DNA of 64,000 nucleotides from an uncultured Verrucomicrobiae bacterium (GTDB taxonomy: Bacteria > Verrucomicrobiota > Verrucomicrobiia > Limisphaerales > Palsa-1400), in assembly GCA_963702845.1 (NCBI GenBank), contig OY969763.1, positions 3,584,001-3,648,000 of the forward strand, given 5' to 3'. Of this stretch, positions 50,433-60,236 are shown one piece after another (positions within the stretch are counted from its first letter, which is position 1; each line of letters starts with the position of its first letter). Made by a program: the position numbers and the translations under genes. Under the pieces are notes generated by a model, which saw only the letters and a list, made by a program, of their open reading frames with translations, ran no database searches and was not told the DNA's origin.

Positions 50433-50804
50433 CTACTTCTCGATCGGAAGTTCGCTCTCCTTCCAGGCCTCAAAGCCACCTTCCATCTCCACCACGGGAT
50501 AGCCGCGACTCGCGAATTCAACGGCTGCTTTCGCAGCGAGATGGCATTGCTGCGTGTAGCAATAAAGAATGTTCCGTTTGTCCTTCTCCAATCCTTCGCA
50601 CGTTGACCATTTGTCTGGCGGACAATTCGTCGCGCCTGGAATGTGCCCCTTCGCGTAATCGTCTGCATAACGGACATCGATGACGTTTACGTCCTCGTGT
50701 TCATCGATGAGATGGCTGACTTCGACAGGTCCAGTCGTAAACGAGAGTTTATCTTCGAAGAATTCTTTGCATTGAGCCGGATTTGGTAATTCAGCAGTTA
50801 ACAT
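50433..50804 (-). CDS. Rhodanese-like protein
   Basis: VIDVR..DYAKGHIPGA, LYCY, MEGGFEAW; RBS ggagg upstream of 50804. Confidence 0.88.
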   Translation of the reverse strand: MLTAELPNPAQCKEFFEDKLSFTTGPVEVSHLIDEHEDVNVIDVRYADDYAKGHIPGATNCPPDKWSTCEGLEKDKRNILYCYTQQCHLAAKAAVEFASRGYPVVEMEGGFEAWKESELPIEK

Positions 50805-50871
50805 ATTTACCTCCCTAATAAAACCAAACCCCGAAGCGCGATCCGGGCAAGTTGAAGTTGTCCGTCGCAAC

Positions 50872-53133
50872 TTAGAATCCGCGGAAATTACGGCAGGCAA
50901 AAAGCTGGACGCGGCGCATCACTCCGCGATCGGCATATTTCACATCAAATACCCCGAGGTCCGTGACCGATCCGAACTCTTTTGCGATATCCGGAGGAGC
51001 CGGTTTAAGCTTCAACGGTTCGTGACTAAACAAATCTCCTTCGCGATTCCACCAGCGCTTCACCCAATCGTCGCGCAACGGCTCACGATCAATCTCTCTC
51101 ATGAAAATCGCATTGTCTCCAAATCGATTCGTGTAGCTTGGCCAAAAATAAAACTGATTCGCCGGATGCGTGCTTGCTTCGAAATAAACCAGCGGTGCGT
51201 TCGCCACATTGGTTTTCGCTTCTGGTAGATAAAACGTCACCTGCGCAGTGAATCCATAATGCTCACCAATGATGAATGTCGGTTTACCTTCAGTCGCCAA
51301 TTGCGTTCTCACGTCACCCACAATCGCGGCCAATTCCTTCCAGCCATGAACGCGATGCAACAGATCTTTTGCCGGCGGTAAAGATCGACCGAGCATTTTG
51401 TCAATGAGCTTAGTATCGTGCGCTAGCACCACGGCAAGCCCACCCACAACAAGGCCAAGCACAATTCCGAATTTCAGAACCCACCTCAACAACCTCAGAA
51501 TCCCCTTCGACCATCCCTGAACGCGTGGCCATATATTTTGCCACCAAATGACCGTCAGCGTGAACCAGGGAATGACCGCAGGAACAATCCAGTTTTCCAA
51601 AATGCGCGTGTGAAAACTCAGAATGAAATAAAAGACAACCACCGGTGCTCCCATAGCGAACAGATAAACGTGCAGCGGCGTGCGATTTCTTTTCCAACAT
51701 AATGCCACGATCGTGGCCAATGTTCCGATGACATAGATTGGGTTCAGCAGGCCAAATTCGCTCGATACGAATCGGCGTACGAACTTCCATTGCAACTGCA
51801 ACTTCTCGTGGAGATTTCCATCTGTTGCGACATGCTCCACGGTGATCCATCCGTGTTGCGCATTCCAAATCAGAATTGGCAATGAGCAGAGGCCGACAAT
51901 TAGCAATGCAAGATACGGTCCCGCCGTTTTCAAATGCTTACGCGCGATTGGAACCAATGCAAACACCAACACCCAACTCAACAACTGAAACAGGTTCGTA
52001 TACTTGCTCAGTAGTCCAAGTCCCATCCAGACGCCAACGAGTAACCAATCGCGCAATGTTCCATTCTCCTGAACCGCGCGCCAACCAACAATCATCGCCA
52101 GCGTGTAGAAGAAAACCGATAGCGGATCGATCGTCATCAGAATCGAACCTAGTGCAATTAATGGAGCCGTCGTCGTAATCGCAACCAGCCAAACACCTGC
52201 ACGGGCATTCGCGACCCTTGCCATAAAACGCAAAACCGCCAACGACAATAACGCTCCAAATACTGGAGAGAAGAACCGCACCCCAAATTCGCTGTCACCC
52301 CAGATGTGCGTGCCGAGCCACTGCGTGTGCGCGATCATCAATGGCTTGCTGTAATAAGAAAGCGCCGGATGCTTCGACCAAATCCACTGATAGGCCTCGT
52401 CCTCGCTCAGTTCGAGTTTACCCGAAGCGAGAAAAAGCAACCGCGCCAACAGCAACACGCCAATCAGCACATAACCAAAGCGCAACCATTGGAGCTCGCG
52501 GGTCGCCGGGGTTGCTTCAATGCGCTTCTCGCTCGTCAGCCTCGGCTCCAGCAGCGACGGCATTTTATTGAACCAAATCGGAAACCAGCGCGGGCCGAAG
52601 TTCTTCCAAAGCGCATCCAGCGACCAAACAATTCCCGCGCCGTAACCGGCACCCAGAATTGTCCCTGCAAGCACATCGCTCGGATAATGCACACCATTGT
52701 AAATTCGCGATAACCCAACGAGAACGGCGATTGGCAGCATCACCCAGATACTCCGCCGATAGTAGATGAACGCGATCATCGTTACCGAAAACCAATTGGC
52801 CGCATGCGCCGATGGCATGCTGTAGCTCCCACCCATTCCAACCCGGAGGCCGACGTCCGGTAATCCGAGGAACGGCCGCGGCCGCGCAACAGCGTGCTTG
52901 ATCGTGTTCACAATGAGCCCATCTCCAATAATCAGTCCAAGCACCAACATGATGGCGCAGACCGGTCCCCGTCGTCCGCCCCTCCACACGAGCAGCACGA
53001 CAGCGAGTGCGATAAAAGTGCCGAAGTGCGGCGGTGAACTGGCGAAGGGCATCAGCCAATCGAAAAACGAATTGGACAGCGACGCGTTGATGAACCGAAA
53101 AAGGTTCACGTCGATAGTTTGGAGCCAGTGCAT
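50872..53133 (-). CDS. PAP2 phosphatase fused to ArnT/PMT-type (GT-C) glycosyltransferase
   Basis: N-terminal KHAVARPRP, SMPSAH, SRIYNGVHYPSD; then DEAYQWIW...YYSKP...GVRF...LSKY. Confidence 0.85.
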   Translation of the reverse strand: MHWLQTIDVNLFRFINASLSNSFFDWLMPFASSPPHFGTFIALAVVLLVWRGGRRGPVCAIMLVLGLIIGDGLIVNTIKHAVARPRPFLGLPDVGLRVGMGGSYSMPSAHAANWFSVTMIAFIYYRRSIWVMLPIAVLVGLSRIYNGVHYPSDVLAGTILGAGYGAGIVWSLDALWKNFGPRWFPIWFNKMPSLLEPRLTSEKRIEATPATRELQWLRFGYVLIGVLLLARLLFLASGKLELSEDEAYQWIWSKHPALSYYSKPLMIAHTQWLGTHIWGDSEFGVRFFSPVFGALLSLAVLRFMARVANARAGVWLVAITTTAPLIALGSILMTIDPLSVFFYTLAMIVGWRAVQENGTLRDWLLVGVWMGLGLLSKYTNLFQLLSWVLVFALVPIARKHLKTAGPYLALLIVGLCSLPILIWNAQHGWITVEHVATDGNLHEKLQLQWKFVRRFVSSEFGLLNPIYVIGTLATIVALCWKRNRTPLHVYLFAMGAPVVVFYFILSFHTRILENWIVPAVIPWFTLTVIWWQNIWPRVQGWSKGILRLLRWVLKFGIVLGLVVGGLAVVLAHDTKLIDKMLGRSLPPAKDLLHRVHGWKELAAIVGDVRTQLATEGKPTFIIGEHYGFTAQVTFYLPEAKTNVANAPLVYFEASTHPANQFYFWPSYTNRFGDNAIFMREIDREPLRDDWVKRWWNREGDLFSHEPLKLKPAPPDIAKEFGSVTDLGVFDVKYADRGVMRRVQLFACRNFRGF

Positions 53134-53161
53134 CGCTTGGTTGTTAGCGCGGAGACACTAG

Positions 53162-56041
53162 CTAACTGCCTAACGCCTCAAAAGCGTTTTTTAGCTGTTG
53201 CTGTTTGTTATGCCAATCGACGAGCCGCTGTTTGTGTTCGTCAATGACGTTGGCAGGGGCTTTGAGGAACGCGGGGTTCTTCAACTTGGCTTCCACTTTG
53301 TCGATCTCCGCCTGGACTTTCGCAAGCTCCTGTTCGAGCCGCGCCTTTTCCGCTGTGACATCGATCAATCCTTCGAGCGGCAAATATAAACTGCCCAAAT
53401 CAGCAATATGAACTGGCGTGCCCTTTGGTGGTTCGTATTCAGGATTAACGTCCAAAGATTCGGCATTGAGCAACAGCTTCATCACGGCGAGATCGTGCTC
53501 GGGCAGATCCTGCGCCGGCTTGAAAACAAACGGAACCCGTTTGCTCGCCTGAATGTTTGCCGTTTGCCGCAAATTGCGTCCGTTCACTATGAATGCGTTG
53601 CGGTCTTCGACGTATTTCAAATAGCAATCGTCGAGGCCGTAGAAATCGCGGAAGTCCTGGTCAAACGACTTCGGCCAGTTCGCGAACATGATCGTTTTAC
53701 CACCCTGGTTGTCCGGCAATTCCTGGTGGAAGCCCATGCCTTGCCAAAGCTCTTCGGTGATGAACGGCAAGAACGGATGGAACAAACGCAATGTGTTCGA
53801 CAAAACAAAATCAATGACGGCAAGCGTGTTCGCCTTGCGTGGCTCATCGGTGCTGTGCAAGGTCGGCTTGCAACTCTCGACATACCAGTCGCAAAACTCG
53901 CTCCAGAAAAATCGATACAGAACTTGTGCCGCCTCGTTAAACTTGTATTCGTTCAACGCCTCGGTCAGTTCGCGAATTGCTTGATCCAGCTTGAGCAGGA
54001 TCCATTTGTCGTCGTTCGTCAAAAGCTGCGGATTGATTTCGCCTTCCACTTCACCCGCGTGCATCTGACGGAACCGGCACGCGTTCCAAAGTTTGTTACA
54101 GAAGTTGCGCGCCAGTTCGACCTGCTGTTCATCAAACAATACGTCCTGTCCCAACGGTGCCGAGCGCATCACGCCGAACCGCAACGCATCCGCGCCGTAC
54201 GTTTTGATAAGATCAAGTGGGTCCGGCGAGTTGCCCAGACTCTTCGACATCTTGCGCCCCTGCTTGTCGCGGATGATGCCCGTGAAATACACGTTCCGGA
54301 ACGGCATCTCGCCCATGTATTCGTAACCCGCCATGATCATGCGCGCGACCCAGAAGAAAATGATGTCTGGGCCGGTGACGAGATCGGTCGTCGGATAAAA
54401 CTTCTTCAACGTGGGCGTCTTTTCCGGCCAACCCATGGTCGCAAACGGCCAGAGCCACGAGCTGAACCATGTATCCATCACGTCGGGATCCTGTTCGTAT
54501 CCAAGTTGCTTTAGTTCCTCTTCAAGTTCAGGCCAATCAGTCGCGACCGTAATTTTCAACCCATTCTCAACTGACACTAAGTCGAATCGCCAATTATAAT
54601 CTCCCATCGCAATACTTGTGTCCGCTGCATCCTTGGGCACGGGATTAGTTTTGCGGTTTACAGTTCCGGTAAGATGTTGGGCAGTGCCGGACTCTGGCCA
54701 AGCGAACAACTCTTTTGGACCAAGCTTCGGGCGTGCTGCCGCAAAGGTTTCTTTGGTGACAACTTTTGTCCATACCGGAATGCGATGCCCCCACCAAAGT
54801 TGCCGCGAGATGCACCAGTCCTGAATGCCTTGCATCCAGTGGGCATAAACTTTTGACCAGCGCTCGGGATGGAACTTCATGCTTCCATCTGCGACGCATT
54901 TGGTCGACGGCTCAAGGCTCGGATATTTCAAAAACCATTGTTCGCTCAGATATGGTTCGATCGGAACGCCCGCGCGTTCGCTGAAGCCAACATTATTCTC
55001 ATACGGCTTTTCTTCCACCATCGCGCCGATTTCTTTCAGCTTCTCGACGGCGACTTTGCGCGCCTCGAAGCGATCGAGCCCGCGCAGATCCGCGCCGGCC
55101 AAATCATTCATCGACGCGTCCGGATTCATGATGTTCACGAGCGCGAGCTTATGCCGTTGCCCGATTTCAAAGTCCGCCTTGTCATGCGCGGGCGTCACTT
55201 TCAACACGCCGGTGCCGAATTCAAAATCAACATGCTTATCGCCGATAATCGGAATCAGCTTTTGCTCCTGAGGCAATTCGACCGGCAGCGGTCGCACAAT
55301 ATGTTTCCCAATAAGATGCGCATAACGCTTGTCATGAGGATTCACCGCCACCGCTGTATCACCTGGAATTGTTTCCGGCCTGGTCGTGGCAATCGTCAAC
55401 CACGTATTCGGCTCTTCGGCAACCTGCACCTTGAAGTGATACATGAAGCCCTTCTGCGGTTTCATTTCCACTTCTTCATCAGACAACGCCGTCTGCGTCG
55501 CTGGACACCAATTGACCAAGCGCTTCCCGCGATAGATCAGGCCCTTCTTATAAAGATCAACAAACACCCTCGTGACGCACTGCACATATTCGGGGTCCAT
55601 CGTGAACCGCTCGCGTGTCCAATCGCACGAACAGCCCAGCTTCTTCAATTGATCGATGATGATGCCGCCGTGCTTTTCCTTCCACGTCCAAACGCGCTTA
55701 ATAAATTCCTCGCGCCCGATATCTTTCTTGGCCTTCTTCTCCTGCGCACGAATTTGCTTTGCCACAATGCCCTCGGTCGCGATCCCCGCGTGATCGGTCC
55801 CCGGCAACCAAAGAACTTCCTTCCCATCCATGCGCGCCTTGCGCGAGAGAATGTCCTGGATCGTGTTGTTGAGGACATGCCCCATGTGCAACACGCCGGT
55901 CACGTTCGGCGGTGGAATGACGATCGAGTATGCCGGCTTGGCAGAATGTTCGTTGCCGTGGAAGCACTTCTGCTCCAGCCAATAGGAATACCATTTCGAT
56001 TCAACCGACTGCGGTTCGTAAGCTTTTGGAATTTCAGCCAC
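53162..56041 (-). CDS. valS: Valyl-tRNA synthetase
   Basis: PPPNVTGVLHMGH, ATTRPET, DWCISRQLWWGHRIP, KMSKS, C-terminal coiled coil. Confidence 0.97.
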   Translation of the reverse strand: MAEIPKAYEPQSVESKWYSYWLEQKCFHGNEHSAKPAYSIVIPPPNVTGVLHMGHVLNNTIQDILSRKARMDGKEVLWLPGTDHAGIATEGIVAKQIRAQEKKAKKDIGREEFIKRVWTWKEKHGGIIIDQLKKLGCSCDWTRERFTMDPEYVQCVTRVFVDLYKKGLIYRGKRLVNWCPATQTALSDEEVEMKPQKGFMYHFKVQVAEEPNTWLTIATTRPETIPGDTAVAVNPHDKRYAHLIGKHIVRPLPVELPQEQKLIPIIGDKHVDFEFGTGVLKVTPAHDKADFEIGQRHKLALVNIMNPDASMNDLAGADLRGLDRFEARKVAVEKLKEIGAMVEEKPYENNVGFSERAGVPIEPYLSEQWFLKYPSLEPSTKCVADGSMKFHPERWSKVYAHWMQGIQDWCISRQLWWGHRIPVWTKVVTKETFAAARPKLGPKELFAWPESGTAQHLTGTVNRKTNPVPKDAADTSIAMGDYNWRFDLVSVENGLKITVATDWPELEEELKQLGYEQDPDVMDTWFSSWLWPFATMGWPEKTPTLKKFYPTTDLVTGPDIIFFWVARMIMAGYEYMGEMPFRNVYFTGIIRDKQGRKMSKSLGNSPDPLDLIKTYGADALRFGVMRSAPLGQDVLFDEQQVELARNFCNKLWNACRFRQMHAGEVEGEINPQLLTNDDKWILLKLDQAIRELTEALNEYKFNEAAQVLYRFFWSEFCDWYVESCKPTLHSTDEPRKANTLAVIDFVLSNTLRLFHPFLPFITEELWQGMGFHQELPDNQGGKTIMFANWPKSFDQDFRDFYGLDDCYLKYVEDRNAFIVNGRNLRQTANIQASKRVPFVFKPAQDLPEHDLAVMKLLLNAESLDVNPEYEPPKGTPVHIADLGSLYLPLEGLIDVTAEKARLEQELAKVQAEIDKVEAKLKNPAFLKAPANVIDEHKQRLVDWHNKQQQLKNAFEALGS

Positions 56042-56134
56042 AGGTCAGAATATTACAGGAGAGTTCGGCGAGGACAACTCTTGAGGTTTAGTGTGTCAGA
56101 TTGTCCCAAAGCAGCGCCAAAACTTTTCCGGGAA

Positions 56135-56303
56135 GGTGTATTTTGGTGTATTTAGGTGTATCCGGACGGTGGTTCTGCGGATTGATTAACATCTTTTGGT
56201 TTTGGTTTAAAAAAGTTTAAATTTGTTTAAATTAGGGTGGGCTGCGTGGATCGCAGGTAAATTTAGGCTCGGTTAACTTCGGTTAACCTCGGTTAGCTTC
56301 GGA
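56135..56303. repeat. Three distinct arrays of 10 bp tandem direct repeats
   Basis: ggtgtatttt x3 (56135-56164); gtttaaattt x3 (56205-56234); ggttaacttc x3+ (56271-56303). Confidence 0.85.
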
Positions 56304-56333
56304 TTATCGATAACGCTAAACTGAGCATCCGGA

Positions 56334-56345
56334 TTTCAAAGAACA
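56334..56345 (-). promoter_or_regulatory. boxA-like Nus antitermination site
   Basis: Minus strand TGTTCTTTGAAA. Confidence 0.55.
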
Positions 56346-56404
56346 TTACGGATTTCAGGTCTGGCCGAGAGTCCGCGGCCGGAATGCACCGGCGGTTGCT
56401 GCAT

Positions 56405-56433
56405 AGACTATAGTGAAGGTACGACAGTGTCAA
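56405..56433 (-). promoter_or_regulatory. Near-consensus sigma70 promoter
   Basis: TTGACA (56433-56428), 17 bp, TAGTCT (56410-56405), overlapping a TATAGT at 15 bp spacing. Confidence 0.62.
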
Positions 56434-56514
56434 GCCGAACGTCGGCCTCGCATAGTTGAGTGTTGATGGATGAGGGAAGAATTAACCACGGATGGACACG
56501 AATCAACGCAGATG

Positions 56515-56692
56515 GGATGAGCAGGTTGTTTGGGTGGTTTCGCCTTTCAAGAGAGTTTCGAAATGGGATGGTGCGAGTGGCGGAATCGATTTGCAGGTTT
56601 GTCATATGGTCGTATTTCTGGATGCGTTCGTTTGCGTAGTGCTTGGCTCCGGCCTGGAGCGCCCAATCTTTGAATGTTCGGACTAAGCCCAC
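56515..56692 (-). pseudogene. Probable truncated gene fragment
   Basis: MGLVRTFKDWALQAGAKHYANERIQKYDHMTNLQIDSATRTI then a shift to HFETLLKGETT; runs into a short-repeat element at 56484-56513. Confidence 0.4.
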
Positions 56693-56833
56693 GGGAAATT
56701 TATCTCACTAACGGCTAATTTACACTAGTCGGAACGAACTTGGGAGGTGGATGGCTTGTCGAAAAAACACTACGTGGGAGATGCCCGATTTCCCCTTTCC
56801 TCGAACCATACGATTCGTTAGCGTTTGGGTCTC

Positions 56834-58649
56834 ATGGGCGGCCGTTACGGATCAATCCATATTCGAACTGACGACCGCGACGCGGTGCTGCGCGCGCTGG
56901 ATAAATTCGAGGTGAATCTAACGCGCAACTTTCTGGTCGCTCCAGTGATCGATGGTTGGGTCACTGTTTTTCCGGAGCACAACGGACAAGATGCGGCCGT
57001 TTTCGAACCTTTAGCCAACAAATTGTCCGGTTACGCTCTTGTTTGCTGTTTGGTGCACGATGACGATGTATTCGCGTATTGGTTATACGATCGAGGGCAA
57101 CTCATAGATAGTTACAACTCTTGTCCTGACTACTTTGGTTCGAAAGAGCCCTCCGCTACGCGGAGGCAATGCGCAGTCGTTCCGTTTTCTCGTATCAGAT
57201 GCGACAAAACTCCGTGAACTGCAGAAAATATTGGATGCGGACCGGTTTGCTTTCGAGTTGGAGCGGCAAGACAAGTTTGCGGAAATATTGGGGCTGCCGA
57301 ATACGGCGTATGCGTATGAATATCTTCGGGCTGGTGAGACAGATGGCGTGCGAGGGTGGAAGAAGTTTGTCCATGTCCCCAATCTTGCTCCTGAAAAGGC
57401 GGCAAAGCGCGCAGCGAGGGCAAAGCTCAAAACCGACTTCAAACAGTTGCAGAGCGAAGGAATGTTGCTCGTCGACGAACTTGGCGAAAAGGGGAAGGTG
57501 AAGGGACGGTTCGACTATCCACTTTGGACGGCGAACCCTTCGACACCTGAAGTGCTGATGATGTGGAAGGACTCGGCGATGGTGAACCCGGAGGCCGGAG
57601 AGTGGCGGCGATTGTCTGGCCCGAATTGGCAAGAAGGTTCTTGCGACTGCCCGGCGGCTACAGATGCACGTGAAGTTAAGATCAGCCCCTCTGGAAGGTT
57701 ACTTGCAGAAATTTCACGACTTGGAGATCGTGTTAACGTGTGGGATTTGCGAGAGCGGAAAATCCTCCGCACAAAAACCTTTCCGCGAATGGCGAAGGGA
57801 CTGACATTTTCTCCTGACGAGAATTGGATATACACAGTTGCGCCACCAATTGAACTGCATCGCATCTCGCTTCGCTCTGGAATTGAAGACTGCGTGCTTG
57901 GAGGCGATTACGTCAGCTTTGAACACGTTGCTGTGCATCCGGATGGTTTGATGGCTGCAGTTGTAGACAACTTTGGTGTTCTTATCGCTGTCGATTTAAC
58001 GCAAATGCGCATTATCAATGAGGTTTGGATTAAAGAGACGAAGAGCCTGCTTTCGGAAAATCAGAGGGAAGAGTTAATTGCGCGAGCGTCGCAGAGTATA
58101 GTTGCCGAATTGAAGCAGCATTTGCCGCAATCGGAGGTTGATGAGCACATTAAAAGGTCAGCGCGTCATCATCTTCCAAAAGATGCGATCCGACTTTGCG
58201 GGTTCAGTCCCGATGGGAGATTCTTGTTCTGTGGAACACACGAGGGCGTTCGTGTACTTGATTTTAACGAGGTGCTTCGTTGTTCGAGAATGCAGCCCGT
58301 CCGTGTACAATCCGGTGCTGATGCCGACGAGTTGCCCGGAGACGATGCCTCTTACTCGGTTGGCCACAAGCTTGTCTATTGTATCGTATATGATGCGCTA
58401 GCTAACCGCATTATATTCTCTGGCGTGGAAGGGAAAATTAAGTTTTTGGATTTGGAGACGCAGAACGCGGGAGACTTGATTACCATCCCCGGGAGGCTGG
58501 CAATTTCGCACCTTGATCTCACTGCTGATCGATCGGCCTTCGTAACAACAGCGATGCGGGTGCAGTTCAAAGGAGCTGATCCAACGCCAACTCGTTTTCA
58601 ATTGTGGAATTATCGCGCACTGTGTGAACGAAACAACCTGCGTTGGTGA
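56834..58649 (+). CDS. Hypothetical N-terminal domain plus WD40-like beta-propeller (frameshift near 57145)
   Basis: HDDDVFAYWLY..DSYNSCPDYF N-domain; ISPSGRLLA, VNVWDL, FSPDENW, VHPDG, FSPDGRFL repeats. Confidence 0.65.
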
Positions 58650-58975
58650 GTAGCCCCATCTACGCGTCCGTGAAAATCGGTCCACGATGTGATCACGCCG
58701 CCAAACGGTGAGAGTTGGGAATTGGGACCGCGACAGCCGCGCCGCCCCCCATTCAAAAAATTAGGGAATTTACCCAAGGTTTCAGGGCAATCCCACGGCC
58801 CGCGCCTACATCCTAGGCTATTATCATGTCATCCCTCTGGGATTTCAAAGTGGCTGCGCGAGGCCGGCTATTTTGCGGCGCAGCGGCCGGTGTTTGCGAG
58901 TAGGTGGCGATGTGGCCGGGTTATGGCGGATTCTGCGGTTGATTGAAGGATGATGGACCAAGACAAGTAAAAATC

Positions 58976-59000
58976 GGACGACGTGGAAGTCGTCCCTACC
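58976..59000 (-). repeat. GTAG-type REP
   Basis: Minus strand GGTAG-GGACGAC-TTCCAC-GTCGTCC. Confidence 0.7.
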
Positions 59001-59066
59001 AGATTTTGGACGATTCCTAAATAGTTGTGAATGGTTAGCATCGCCTTGTGGCATCCTCATAAAACG

Positions 59067-60125
59067 ATGAGCGACTTCGTAAATGTCCGGTTCAGGTTCA
59101 CGATTACTTTGCTGTTTGGGTTCTTGCTGATTGTGTTTACGGGGCAGGCAGCGGAACCGGCTAGCTTGCGGGAGGCGGCGCAGGCGCGGGGCAAGCTGGT
59201 TGGGTTCGCGATGTTTGGTAAGCCCGGACGGGAGGCAAAATTTGATGAGACGGCGGCGCGGGAGTTTAATGTGGTGGTTTGCGAAAATGCGATGAAGTTT
59301 GGATGCGTTTGCCCCAATGCGCGGGGGCAATATGACTTCAGTGTACCGGATGCGATCGTCGGTTTTGCGCAAACGAATAATATGAAGGTGCGCGGGCATT
59401 GCCTAGTGTGGCACTTTCAGCAACCGCAATGGTTTTCGCGAGAGAATTGGTCGAAACAAGAAATGGCGGATATCGTCCATGAACACATTCGCACGATGCT
59501 CACGCGATACAAAGGGAAGGTTTTTGCGTGGGATGTGGTGAATGAGGCGATTTCGGATTCGGCAGGCCCGCGCGATATCTATCGCAAAGACAATTACTAT
59601 GACGTGCTTGGGCCGGAATATTTGGACATGGCGTTTCGTTGGGCGCGCGAGGCCGACCCAAATGCCAAGCTTTTTTATAATGAGTATGGGACGGAATTTG
59701 GCGGTGTGAAGTTTGAGAAGATGTATGAGATGCTCAAGGGCATGAAGGCGCGAGGGGTTCCGGTTGATGGTGTGGGGCTGCAAATGCACATCGGTCTAGG
59801 GGCGAAAGGCCAAACGAAGAAATTGGCCGACACGATCCGAAGATTGGGTGAGTTGGGCCTGGAGGTGCAGATCACGGAATTGGACGTTGCGATGGACTTG
59901 CCCAGCAATGCTAAAAAGCTGCAAACCCAGGCAGAAATCTTTGGCGACATAACAGCAATCGCAATGGAGGAACGCGCATGCACTGCATTGTTGATGTGGG
60001 GTTTTACGGATAAGCACTCCTGGCTGCCGCAGTTTTCAGATGGCAAACGCGGCTGCGGCTTGATCTTCGACGAACAATACCGGCCCAAACCCGCTTACAC
60101 CGCCATGCTCAAGGCGTTGAAATAA
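59067..60125 (+). CDS. GH10 endo-1,4-beta-xylanase
   Basis: ENAMKF, RGHCLVWH, WDVVNE (acid/base), GLQMH, ITELDV (nucleophile); signal peptide. Confidence 0.93.
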   Translation: MSDFVNVRFRFTITLLFGFLLIVFTGQAAEPASLREAAQARGKLVGFAMFGKPGREAKFDETAAREFNVVVCENAMKFGCVCPNARGQYDFSVPDAIVGFAQTNNMKVRGHCLVWHFQQPQWFSRENWSKQEMADIVHEHIRTMLTRYKGKVFAWDVVNEAISDSAGPRDIYRKDNYYDVLGPEYLDMAFRWAREADPNAKLFYNEYGTEFGGVKFEKMYEMLKGMKARGVPVDGVGLQMHIGLGAKGQTKKLADTIRRLGELGLEVQITELDVAMDLPSNAKKLQTQAEIFGDITAIAMEERACTALLMWGFTDKHSWLPQFSDGKRGCGLIFDEQYRPKPAYTAMLKALK

Positions 60126-60236
60126 GTCGAAAGTCGAAACCGCAGATAGACACGGATGAACACCGATGGACTGCGAAGGTCGTGTTAGCGCTGCAATAGT
60201 TGGAACCGACGCCTGTTTCCGTCAATGTTTCGGGAT

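Noticed and set aside
56230..56246. aattagggtgggctgcg resembling a T-box upstream of valS
   Set aside because: It is on the strand opposite to valS, lacks the ACC of GGTGGnACC, and has no terminator or specifier stem.
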